Origin: Azolla caroliniana
Taxonomy: Eukaryota; Plantae; Polypodiophyta
NCBI GenBank assembly: GCA_043228905.1
Contig: JBHGNT010000109.1
Coordinates: 19,660-83,659, forward strand
DNA: 64,000 nucleotides
Direction of reading: 5' to 3'
The notes beneath the pieces are model-generated. The model had not been told where the DNA came from, searched no databases, and saw only the letters and a list, made by a program, of their open reading frames with translations. Below are positions 35,244 to 47,900 of this stretch, one piece after another (within the stretch, counting starts at the first letter, position 1; every line of letters starts with the position of its first letter). A program made the position numbers and the translations under genes.

Positions 35244-35917
35244 GATTACGTGTCTCGATTTCATCATATGTTGGCTATTTGATGTTGCGATTTTTCTTAA
35301 TATACGCATATGCGGTCACGTGTATACGTATTTGATCATATATGTGTGATAAATATACATATGTGTATGTTAGTTATAACGTAATTTCTATATCGAATGT
35401 TGTCCTTTTCGGGGAAAGGATCTTGGTGTCCATCCTCGCATTTTTGTGGGAATGGTGTAGTCATCATCCTTTTTTCAACAATCTTTTTTGTTGACATCCC
35501 CGTTGGTCACTTCAATTTCGTTACGTAATGAAATGATCATAGCCACAATGATGGTGAGAACGTAGGGCTTGACCCACTTCATGTGAGGTTGCTCCTAGGA
35601 CACACATATCCAACATCCCTCCCTCATTACATGGACATGATGCCACCATGAGATCATTCTTACAAAAGGCATTCGTAATGACGTAAACACTGACAATTAG
35701 GTTGCACTTTGGTGTATGCCATCGTAATTATGAGACTTGAGGTTAGGTAACGTACCAACATAGTTTGTGGTAAACGAGGGGGAAATAAGGACTCTTGACA
35801 TATATGTTTCTTTTAAAAAAAACATATATGAGCAAATGCCTCGCATATCTCTTATACGCATAAAATATTAAACATTCAACACGAGTAACCTATTTTGTTA
35901 GCTCAAGTGTTTAATGT

Positions 35918-36022
35918 TGTTAAGAATTAGGTAAGTAATTAAGCAAGGATTAATTAGTACCTAATTATGTGATTAGTTGATAAGCGGAAGATTATGTGAT
36001 ATGTGTGTGTATGTGTGTGAGA

Positions 36023-36062
<40 letters not shown>

Positions 36063-38935
36063 CACTTATGAACAACACAAGATGGGGGATGAGTAACTAT
36101 ATTAAATTAGCTTTTTTTCATCAAATACAAAAATACCTACACTGAGGTATATATACACCTCATGTGCAAGGGTGCACATGTGTGAGGATAATATAGGTAC
36201 AAAAGTGTAACTCCTATATTAAATGTACTTAGGAGTGGAGGATATAGAATATCCCACTTAAGTACAAGGTCCTATTTAAGGCGTTATAGTCAACACTTCT
36301 AACTAGATTCTATCTAGATAACTACGAATTTACATGGTTGACTAACTAACTAAACTAAGTTGAGCTTGATCTCTCAACACGCCCCCTCAAGCTCAAGTGT
36401 GAGGCGTCTGACATCCGCTTTGACTTTCATTAGCTTCGTGTGCTTCCGTCCGGCCTTCAGCTTTCTTCGTCGTGCCAATCTCGGTTCCCCCCCCTCAAGC
36501 CGGTGACGAAGGCTTGTAGTGTGTGGGTAAAGGTCGACTACTTCCACCCATTATGGGTTACAAGCCGCTTTAGTGGAGCTCTTGGGCTCTTGTTCGGCCG
36601 CTACCTTCATCGCGAAGGCATAATGATGGGCCATGTACTCGTTGTAGCCATGCCGAGTGACGGGGTTCTTAGCTCTAGATGAGCGTCAAAGTTTTTCGCT
36701 CACCGATGTAAGTGCCTTCTTTACTCCGGGTGTCCGCATGATGGGTACACCGAACTCACTGTCTAGTGAGGGAGTCGATCCATCCGAATCATTGTCATTG
36801 GGGTAGTCGACTTCGTATTCATGCATCTTACCTTTGCCTTTGTCCAAGTTCGTACTTGGCCGCGACGTGCTTCGGTCACGTGGGGGCTCTTGTGGCCCAC
36901 TAGGCATGTGTTCGAAGCGATCTCCATCTTTTACCTCTTGTTCGGTGGATTCCGGGTCGAGCGTAGTCGGAGTCGAAGTTGTCTCTGGTGTGTACCAGGA
37001 TGCAGACTCGTAGAAGACTACGTCTCGACTTACCCGAACCACTCGGGTAGAAGGGTTGTAGCACTTGTACACCTTCTTCTCGTATGAGTATCCTATGAGG
37101 ATACATTCCTCTGACTTCGCGTTGGGCTTCTGTCGTTGTTCGTTCAGGATGCGTACATTCGCAATGCTTCCGAACACCTTGAGGTGCGACAGGATTGGCT
37201 TCCTTCTGACGAGGAGTTCGTATGGAGTTAGCTCATGGACTCCATTGGTGGTGCACCGGTTCATGAGATAGATGGCCGTGGATGCTGCTTCGGCCCAATA
37301 GAAGTTCGGCATGTGCTTCTCATGCATCATGGCGCATGCTACCTCAAGTATTTGTCGATTCTTCCTTTCGGCTACTCCATTTTGTTGGGGTGTGTGTCGG
37401 CATGAGAATTCTCTCCGAATGCCTTTACTTTGGAGGTAGGAGGTGAATTCATCGGAGAAGTACTCCTTGCCTCCATCTGATCATAGGCATCGAATGTGCC
37501 AACTGGTTTCTTTTTCGACTTGCCCCTTGAGCTTTTGGAAGCGGGAGAACACTTCGCTCTTCTTCTTCATCGGGTAGATCCATGCGTAGCACGAGTAATC
37601 GTCGATGAAGGTTACGTAGTATCGGCATCCGCCGATCATCGGCGTTTGAGCCGGTCCCCATACATCCGAGTGTATGATGTCGAGGAGGCCTTTGCTTGTG
37701 GAGCTCTCCTTCGGGAATGGGAATCGATGTTGTTTGCCAAGTTGACACGCTTCACATACTCTGTCGACTCGTTTCGACTCGAATGTCGGAAGTCCGATGA
37801 CGACTCCTTTGGTTTGCATCGCTCGAAGCCATTGGAGGTTTATGTGGCCCATTCTCTTGTGCCACAACTCGATGCTTGTCTCGGTTTTGAGACCTTTGGC
37901 GTACCTTGCCGATTTCACCTCGTTCGAATCGAGGATGAACATTCGGCCGTCTCTCCACCCCTTCGCTATGAGTCGACCATCTTTCTCGATGAAACATCCT
38001 TCTTTGTTGAAGCGGACTTGCATGCCTTGCTCCACGATTTGGCTGACAGAGACCAATTCTTCGTTATTGTGGGCACGTGCAAGACATTCTTGATGCAAGT
38101 TCGTTCGCCTTCTTTCCCGAATGGGACATTGCCGATGTGCCAAATGGGGTGTGTGGTGTCGTCTCCCATCTCTATGAAGTCGGGTCAGTCCAGTGTACAC
38201 AAGTCACGAAACCACTCTTCGTGAGATGTCATGTGATGTGAGGCGCTGGAGTCGACAAACCACGCGTCTTCTGAGTTGGAGGTGCTTGTGGAGTTGGAGT
38301 CCGTCATAGAGTTTGCTCTATGCCTCATTACGAACATTCTGCCACGGTCGCCGTAGTCGAAATTTGGGGCGTAATTTCACTACGATCGTTGTAGTCGGAA
38401 TTCGACGAGTGATTCGTGAACATTCCGCTACAGTTGTCGTGGTTGAAGTTCGATGCGTAGTTTGTGAGGTGTCGACTTGTTGAAGCCGACTCATTTCTCT
38501 TTTCTGACACTCCGCCTCGTAGTGGCCAATTTTGCCGCAATAATTGCAAGTTGCGGGCCTCGTTTGCCAACCATGTTCGGCGTGGAAGCTCCCCCTTCTT
38601 CCAAAGGTTCCTCGATGGCTTCCGTGAAGGTTTGAGTTCCCTTCACGTGATGGATCGAATTGACCTTTTCTACCGATGTGACCTCCTCCTCAGCCACCAT
38701 CCGAATTCGAGAAAAACATTTGTCCTTCCGACGTCTTGCTTTTGGTTCGGATGTGGTTCTCTTCGACCAATAGCATTTATTGGAGGTCGAAGAATGAAGG
38801 AGGGTTTTCTCTTGCCAAGATTGTCGTCCGTAATGGATCAAATTGTTGTGCGAAGCCGCCCAAGCATACTTGAACCATCTTGTCTTCGTCGACGTTTATT
38901 TTGATGGAGCCAAGCGAGTCGCAAATGCTCCGGAT
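35918..38935 (-). mobile_element. Deleted Copia related to family B (gag end, PR, IN; RT/RH and 5' end missing)
   Basis: WFVDSSASHHMT; LWHKRMGH; YVTFIDDYS; PPT 36380-36390; LTR ~35918-36379. Confidence 0.85.
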
Positions 38936-41900
38936 ATCTTAACTACGTCGAGACTCTGTTTCATGGTGGGTCAACTCTTGTAGCGAGCACGCCAGCACCA
39001 GGTACGACTCGACACCACAGCGGTGGTATGGGACGCCAATCGAGGCTCAAGTCCATCTCGATCCCTTCACTCGGGGGTGGTCGGGTGGATCGACACCCTT
39101 CTTTCTCTCTCTCCTTTCTATCTATCTATCTTTTATCCTTATTGTATGCTTACTTTAGATCATAACTCTAACAAAGAGGTTGGGGCAAAGCATATCAACG
39201 AAACAGAGATGTTTCAGATGGCCTCCAGAGAACCAATGGAACATATAGACGAGTAAGGAGGCAACCTTGTCAACCTTGAAGATGCACCAAGTTTTGATCA
39301 TGTACAAGATTCAGCTGAGGAGACAGAACATGTTGATGCAGCACCACTGTCACCAGATCTTGGAGAGTAGCCTTCCAGACCTCCTAATGGAGTGATTGTA
39401 TATTAGTTTGTATTTGTAACTATAAAATTGTAATACTAAATTTGTTTTGGAATATAAGATTATTCAGTTTGAGTACCATTTCTTTACACTATCTGATTGG
39501 TTTGCAAACTGTTGAGCGGCAAGCTCCACTGGAGCCGAATCGGCTGGATAAGCCTGAGCCAGTGAGCGAGACGGATCGGTAAGCCGGTGAGCAACCGAGC
39601 CGGCAAGCAACAGAGCCGGTGAGTTGGGGAGCCGATTAGCCGGATCCAATCGGTAACCAGAAGCCCAGTATTAGTTTAGACTACGAGGCAGTGATAGTCT
39701 CGTAGTAAGTGTCAGATGCTCGTGTGAGCATTGAAGTATGCGGTACTTCTATCAGTCCCATGAGGACTTGTATAAATAGTGCTACTGAGCACAGTTGTGA
39801 TACAGAGTCCTTTTATCGTTTTTGAATATAGCCTTGAAGTTCTGCTCTCTCTGTCTCTCCCGTGTACTCTGTGTATTCTCTGCCTTCTCTATTTTCTAAC
39901 GCTTCCGCAAGTAATCGTTTACATGGTATCAGAGAGCGAGGTTTGAGAACCTCTACAGCCGACAAACGTTGAGAGCAAACCCTAACAGGTCGTAAGAACA
40001 ACAAATAGAGAAGTGATGGATAGAGGGATGGCTAGCTAGCTCCCTGTGGAGAAACTCGACAGATCCAACTACGCATCTTGGTTGTACAAGATGCACCAGT
40101 ATCTGCTTGGGCATGGTTACTAGAGTTTCGTTGAAGGAGCCAACGAAACAGCACCTGATGCGGCACATAAGGATTTCCCAGGGTGGGAACAATCGGCAAG
40201 CAGAGTGATGTACTACTTCGCGTCCAGTGTCGGAGACCAATTGCTGAGCCACATCCAAGACACCAAGACGCCGAAGGAGGCTTGGCGAAACCTGAAGAAG
40301 GTTTTCACCGCGAGCACTACAACCCAGAAGCTGCAACTCCAACAGTAGTTGAGCAATGTCCGACAGAAGGACATGTCAGTGGCGGATTACACGGCCCGAA
40401 TCAAAGAGATATGCGACTCGCTTGCCTCCATCAATGTTACTGTAGAGGAAGACGAGATGGTACAGGTCTGTCTTGGGGGCCTGGCGTCTAAGTTCAGAGC
40501 GTTCCGAACGGCGGTGTGTACAAGGGAGAATACGTCGTCATTTTTCGACTTACAATCGATGCTCCTTGTAGAGGAGAACCACGCCGGTGCGTCAACTAGC
40601 GCACCCACTGACAGCCGGATGCTGTACATGGAGGCGGATCGGTCCCGTGGGCGTGGTGGATGAGGCGGGTTGGCATGCAATGGAGGCGGCCGGCAAGAGC
40701 AAGAACGAAGGCACAGAGAACGTGCCGATAGCAGTTCTAGGACTTCCACAGGCAGGGGGAGTCAAGGCGGTGCCGGAGGTCGGCAAGACAAATCTGCAAC
40801 AGAATGCTTGTACTGTGGCAAAAAGGGCCACAGAGAAAGCGAGTGTTAGAGAAAACGCACCGATTCGGACAAGTCCGAATCCGGCAAGGCCGGAAAGGAT
40901 GGACGGCACGGCTCGCACTACGCGAAGGCATTGGGAGATCCAAGAACGGTAACGGGCCAGCCTTGGTGATGAAGCACGAGACGAACTCGATGAAGAAGAC
41001 CACTTCCAAATCGGAGGAAGTGTGGTATGTTGATTCTGGTGCGTCGAACCACATGACGAGCCCCAAAGAGTGGTTCTCCTTTTTGGAGAAACTGGATCAA
41101 CCAAGAGTAGTCGAAACCGAAGACGACACTCCTCACCCAATTGTGCACATCGGAGAAGTCCCTTTGAGCCACGTCAGACAGAAGGGGAAGCTGATGAACG
41201 TATTATACGTTCCGACAATCACGAAGAACCTGGTGTCGGTCGAATAGATCATCGAACAGGGTATGCAGGTGCGGTTTACGCACCTCGAGTGCTTCATCGA
41301 GGAAGAGGGCCAAATTATTGCGCAAGGGCGCAAAGATGGGAGGATGTTTATCCTCGACACCAATGACGTCGGCACCGCTCTGTTCGCAAAAGGACAGAAG
41401 GTCGAATCAGACATCGACCTATGGCACAAGCGGATAGGCCACGTCAATTACCGGAGGCTTCAAGACCTGCAAACGAAACAAGTTGTTTTCGGTTTGCCGA
41501 AGTTTAGCGGCCGGAAGGCCCAAGTATGTGAAGCCTACCAACTCGGGAAGCAACACCGGCTTCCATTCCCCACCGAACGTAACCGGAGCCGTAACAAGCT
41601 CGACCTTATCCATTCGGTTGTGTGGGGACCGGCATAGAATGTTAGTCTTGGCGGGAGTTGATATTTCGTCTCCTTCATCGACGACTATACGCGGCACACA
41701 TGGATCTACCTCATTGAGCGGAAGAGTGAAGTCTTCGATTGTTTCCGGAGTCTCCAAAGCATGGTGGAACGGGAATCGGAGAGGAAGATCAAGTGCTTGC
41801 GGTTGGATGGCGGAAAAGAGTACTTTTCTGGCCAATTCAACAGTTATCTGCAGCAAAAGGGAATTCAGCGAGAGTTCAGCTGCAGATACACACCGCAACA

Positions 41901-43753
41901 AAACGGTGTTGCCAAAAGGAAGAACCGGTCGCTTATTGATGCAGCAAGGGCAATGCTGGAGGAGAAGAGCATGCCCAAATTCTACTGGGCAGAGGCAGTC
42001 CGAACAGTTGTCTACATCCAAAACCGGATCGGTGACAAGGTGTCAGCTCACGAGCTGTATTTCGGGCACAAGCCGAATTTGAGACACCTTAAGATCTTCG
42101 GTAGCATTGCATATGTGCATGTACCGGATGAGAAGCGGAGGAAGCTGGATGCAAAATCGGAAAAATGCATCCTAATCGGCTATGCTCAAGAGCAAAAGGG
42201 TTATAAGTGTAATAAACCCCGGACAAAGTAGGTCCAAGTTAGTGGAGATGTCGAGTTCGATGAATCGGCATCGTGGTACTCCTTACCGGCTCCGACTTCC
42301 GAATCCGACCCGGTGCCGGTGGATGAGGCTAGTGAGCCTGAACCGGCCCAGGTAGAGGATGATGAAGCGTGAACTCAGGATGAGAGTCCGGAATCGTTCC
42401 GGTTGAGCGGGCTGAACGAGAGACTAAATCAATCTGACCAGTCCGATGAGGAACCGGCGAGTAGTGGAGACTCTGTCGTGCACTCCCCGCGCAAGTAACC
42501 GAGGTGATGGTTCACGCGCAAAGAGAAGGGGAAGAAGAAGATGCCGGAATTCGAAACCGGCAACGATGAGTCAGATCAGTGTGCATCCGACTCTGGCAAG
42601 GAGAAAGGCGGATCTTCGGCAACAAAAACCGAACCGGCCAAGAAGGGCCTCAAACCGGGTAACGGTGAGTAATGTCGATGTCGTGAAGAATTTCGGCCAG
42701 AGGCGGAAACCAGGAAATATTGGCTACATCGGCGGGGTGCAGCATGTGCGCTCACCCTTGTACATTTAGTGTGAATAACGAGGGCGTCGAAGAGTAGTCA
42801 AGTTGGGACAGAGAATCCCATGTAAGTCGGGATTTATCCCACATTGTAACGCATCTCCCTCCTTGTTCTATAAAAGGAAGGGAGCGCCTCTTGTGAAGGG
42901 GTTGCCCATTTTGTGTTAGAGGGTATACCGTTAGATTTAGGGTTAGTTTCTTCTTCTTCTTCTTCGCGGTGTGGGTTGACTGCTGAGGACGGTTTCTGCT
43001 CGATCTCCTGTGCAAGACCCCGCTCTGCGTGACGAGCCCGAGAGCTCCCCAGACAGCGGCTTGGCAGCAGACTGTTGTGGTAACCTACCCTACCTTGGTC
43101 CGGCTCGAAGCCGGGAATGTACACTTTCCCTTGATATATATACATTTGCGTCTGTCTGTGCATATTCATGTCTCTGTTGGGGGGGGGGGGGGGGTCCGGT
43201 GTTTGTGTGGGTGTTTTTGGTGTTCCCTTCCCTGCGTTTCCTGTACATAAGTGTCATGATATGGCAAGACTCGAACCCATGACCTTATGCTACATGGGTC
43301 GAGCTCTTGACCATTAGACTATACATTGTAATACGTAGAATATTATTTTCATTTATGTTTTATTATAGAAAATTGATGTATATTCCAGATTTCTCTGGAA
43401 CATTCTAGAAACTTCAGGAGTATTCCTTAGAACACTATAAGAGGCACAAGGCATTATTTCGAACCAAATCGGTTCAACGCCAGTCTTAAGCCTCCTAGCT
43501 ACTGTACATTTTCTTCACATAATATATATCTTTTCTTATCATCACTCTCTCTCTCTCTCTCGATCTCTCTCTCCCTCCCTCTCACTCACTCTTTCCTTCT
43601 CTCGAGAGTTCTTCACCTCTCTTAGTACTAATACTTCTTTTAGTACTAATTCCTTCTCTGTCTTAGTACTGTTCCTGACAGTTTGAACCGATTTCCCTAC
43701 CTTCTGTCTCTCTCATTTCCTACTAATCTCTTATTCCTCTTTTCTTTCATCCC

Positions 43754-44905
43754 ATGGCCACTGTTAGCGCTGAAGAATATCAATTTGTTTTCTCAGAATT
43801 TCAATGCTTGAAAGAGAAGTTCCATGCTTTGGAACAAGAAAATCAACGGTTGCTGGGGGATCTTCAGCAAATCTCCTTAGAAAAGCAGCAAACGCAACAA
43901 CAGCATGGGGAACTTGTGTTACGCGTGCAACAACTCGAAGCCACCATCGTAGCGATGCAACAACAAGGGCCCGGAACACAAGGGATTCATAAAGAACCCA
44001 AGATTGGCCTTCCCACGAAGTTCGATGGAACGCGATCGCAGTTTAGAGGGTTCCTTAACCAGGTACGATTAGTTATTCAAATGCATCCTTCCCGATATCC
44101 CACCGATGCATCACAAGTGGATTTAGTAGGCACTTTGTTAAGTGGCTCAGCGTTGGCATGGTTCGCTCCACTATTAGAAAAGGAATCTCCGTTACTCAAC
44201 AATTTTGAAGAGTTTCTAGGTGAGTTTAAAGCATGTTTCGGAGATACTGACAGCATCAGGACCGCAATCAACAAAATTCGGCGATTACGCCAAGGTGACC
44301 GTCCAGCCTCTGCATACGCTGCAGATTTTCGCCTACTCGCCGCCGATATCCCTTGGGATGATCAAGCGTTGATGGAGAAATTCCGTTATGGTTTACGCAA
44401 CGACGTCAAGGATTTACTCTTGACCTTCCCCGAAGAGCCAAAGTCCTTAACAGAAGCAATCAGTCGCGCAGTGAGATGTGACAACCGCCTCTTTGAGCGA
44501 CGTTCAGAACGACAGCCACAAATGCCGAGGGCAAGATCAGAGCCCACCTACGCCTCAGTGGTAGCAAGACCTTTTCCGAGGGAGTCATATAATGCGCCTC
44601 CAGCGAATACTCCGACTCCGATGGTGATTGACACTACACGTCGTCGAAGGCCATTATCCGAAGAAGAAAAGCAGTGACGCCGTACAAATTGACTATGTCT
44701 TTACTGCGGTGGACTAGGACATATTGCAATAAATTGCCCCCATAGGCCAAGAAGACAGGTAAACCAAATAGTCGCTAGTTCTAATTGTACTAAACCCGAG
44801 CCTATTTCAGTAGGGATATCCGATAGTCCTAATAGTACTAATAGCCCAGATCTAGCGAACAGATTTGATGTCCTTAGTCAGTTAGAAGAAGAGTTAAACG
44901 ATTAA
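43754..44905 (+). pseudogene. gag: gag (PEG10/sushi-like capsid plus CCHC) with internal stops
   Basis: PTKFDGTRSQFRGFLNQ, LSGSALAWF, CLYCGGLGHIAINC; TGA at 44675-44677; TAA at 44903-44905. Confidence 0.88.
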
Positions 44906-47900
44906 GTCCAGCCAAAATAGGAGCCGTTTGGTTGGACAACCCTAGATCTGTGCAGCCCATTAGTGGTTCCATTCCCTCTAAACAATTTAGTGATGTGTTC
45001 ATAGCCCAAGTAATAGTTGGTACTAAAAGTACCCCTCCAGTACATGTCCTAGCACTCCTAGATTCCGGAGCTAACTCTTGCTTTATGGATAAGAAATTTG
45101 CTCAAACTCATAAGATATCCCTAAGAAAACTCCAGTGTCCAGCCTCTGTAGTAGTCATTGATGGACGTCCCATTGCTTCCGGAAATATCATAGAAGAGTC
45201 AGAGCCCATTAATATTGTCCTAGATAACTTATCATGTGTAGTATCATTTAATATTATTAGTATCCTAGAACATCCCATAGTTTTGGGATTACCGTGGTTC
45301 GAGTTACATAACCCAGACATAGATTGGAGAACAAGAGAAATCCGGGGTCGACAAACCCAAGGGTCAACTCAGAAGATGGCAACCATTTCACTATGTCAGT
45401 TGCGTAAAGAAGGGTGCAAGGAAGAAATGTTCCTCTTTGCAATATCAGTAAACCCCTCCAGCACCACTAAAGAAGAATCCACCGTTCAACTTCCCGAGAA
45501 GTATCGTCATTACGTCGATGTGTTCGACAAAGTACAAGCCAACACACTTCCTCATCATCGACCGTACGATTGCCCCATCGATTTACAACCGGGAAAAGAT
45601 CCTCCATGGGGACCGATCTACAATTTGTCACCAACCGAGCTGGAAGTCCTTCGGGCCTATATAAAGGAGAATTTGGAAAATGGTTTCATTCGGCATTCGA
45701 AATCTCCAGCTGGTGCGCCCATTTTCTTCGTCAAGAAAAAGGATGGATCGCTTCGTCTCGTTGTAGATTACCGTGGCCTAAATAAGGTTACAATCAGGAA
45801 TAGGTATGCTCTTCCCCTTATCGCAAGTCTTTTAGAACGGATCAATGGTGCCAGGTTCTTCACGAAGATCGACTTACGGGGAGCATATAACCTCGTACGG
45901 ATCCGACCAAGAGACGAATGGAAGACCACGTTTCGCACCAGATATGGGCACTTCGAGTATATGGTCATGCCGTTCGGTCTCACTAATGCGCCGGCAGTCT
46001 TCCAGCACATGGCGAATGATATATTCCGAGATCTATTGGATGATTGTTTGATCATCTATTTGGATGATGTACTGGTTTATTCAAAGACCCAAGAAGAACA
46101 TGATTCTCATGTACTATTAGTACTAAAACGACTTCGAGAACATGGTCTGTATGCAAAGCTGGAAAAATGTAGTTTCGGGTGCAACCAAGTGGAATTTCTC
46201 GGGTACATCATTTCGTCAGAGGGCATCTCCATGGACCCAGCTAAGGTCAAAACGGTGGTAGAATGGCAGACTCCGCGTTCGGTGCGGGATGTGCAATGCT
46301 TCCTAGGCTTTCCCAATTTTTACCGGAAGTTCATACAAGATTACTCAAAGATCGTTCTACCTCTCACACAACTTACCAAGAAGGGACAACCGTTCATCTG
46401 GTCTGAAGAAACGGACATGGCTTTCGAGAGTCTTAAAAAGGCATTTACATCGGCTCCAATTCTAGCTCATGTCGATCCGGAAAAACCATTCATTATCGAA
46501 GCTGACGCATCGGATTTTGCATTGGGGAGCATTCTGTCACAATAGGGGAATGATGAGAAGCTACATCCTGTGGCTTTTCACTCACGCAAGTTTGACGCCG
46601 CCGAAATCAACTACGAAATTCATGATAAGGAGCTATTGGCAATAGTGGATTCTTTTATGCAATGGAGGCATTTTCTGGAGGGATCCTCTCATCCGGTCAC
46701 TGTATTTAGTGACCACAAGAACCTTGCCTACTTTCAGGATGCTCGTGTGTTGAATCGACGTCAAGCTCGGTGAGCCCACTTCCTCACGCGTTTCGACTTC
46801 AAAATTACATATCGTCCGGGGAAGCACCAAGGGAAGGCAGATGCATTATCACGGCGTTCGTATCTAGCACCCCGTCCCGGCGAGCCAGCTTTCGATAACC
46901 AAAAACAAGTCATCTTGGGACCGGCACGACTACAAGCAACACAGATCTTTGACATGCCCATGGATTCCCACGTTATCGATACCATACACGAAGACTTGAA
47001 GATAGATGCGTTCGCCCAAGCTATACTAGCACAAATTGATCCCTCTCAAGCGTCGTGTTCACAGTCGCAACCACCAGTACGAACTATCGGCAATTCAAAT
47101 ACCATGATGGATTACTCTTCTTTAAAGAACTTTTGTATGTTCCTAATGGTTCTTGCTGCCTTCAAGTAGTACAAAACTGTCATGACACATATACAGCTGG
47201 GCATTTTGGTAGTACTAAAACATTACATTTAGTACTACGATCATTCTAGTGGCCTTGTATGCGACAATTTGTCGAGGATTTTGTTCGGACTTGTGATACA
47301 TGTTGCAGAGAGAAAATGCCAAGGCATCATCCATATGGTTTATTAGAACCATTATCAATTCCAAGCAAGCCGTGGCAATCCATTGCTCTAGACTTCATCA
47401 CAGATCTTCCAATTTCTAAGGGGTTCAATGCGATTCTAACAGTGGTCGATCGATATACGAAGATGGCTCATTTCTTGCCATGTACTAAGGAGATCTCCAG
47501 TGAAGACACTGCCGAAATTGTCATGCGTGAAGTATGTCGGCATCATGGACTTCCCGATAGTATCATCAGCGACCGTGGACCCCAGTTCGTGTCAAAATTC
47601 TGGAAGCACCTTTTTAACATGCTCAAGGTCACTTGTAACCTCTCCTCCGGCTACCACCCCCAAACCGATGGCCAAGCTAAACGAACCAATCAAACGCTGG
47701 AGCAGTATCTACGGTGCTTTCTCAGCTATCATCAGGATGACTGGGCAGATATTCTCCACTTCGCCGAATTTGCCTATAACAACTCTATCCACGCATCCAC
47801 TAAAGTTACGCCATTTTATGCTTATACGGGATGTCACCCCCAGTGGTGTGTACTTGAAACCCCAAAGGTGTCCACAAATCCTTGTGCAGAAGATCATTTG

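Larger units (their letters stand above)
28903..39173 (+). mobile_element. Family A Gypsy, internally deleted, inserted in the methyltransferase exon
   Basis: 5' LTR 28903-34736 (split by Copia); PBS TGGTATCAGAGC 34739-34750; partial 3' LTR ~38932-39173; TSD AAGAG (28898-28902, 39174-39178). Confidence 0.9.
28545..39406 (+). pseudogene. C-terminal part of a beta-class N4-cytosine/N6-adenine DNA methyltransferase (N6_N4_Mtase-like) gene; exons 28545-28683 and 28775-28902 + 39179-39406
   Basis: VNPYQKPQRLINRLVELLSNPDDCVLDLFSGT, 91-bp GT-AG intron (28684-28774), then (R)TTIACALKLFKNYIALEKD. This matches the HPxQKP…VLDxFxGxGTT…R..I..E pattern. The frame resumes after TSD AAGAG with an acidic tail. 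Confidence 0.8.

Noticed and set aside
39486-39500. CACTA pentamer as the left end matching 54287
   Set aside because: CACTATCTG matches only 5 nt of CACTACTAAAAA, has no subterminal repeats, and its flank TTA differs from TCA.
43260-43325. Functional tRNA gene
   Set aside because: No proper acceptor stem or 7-nt anticodon loop; kept only as a tRNA-like promoter finding.
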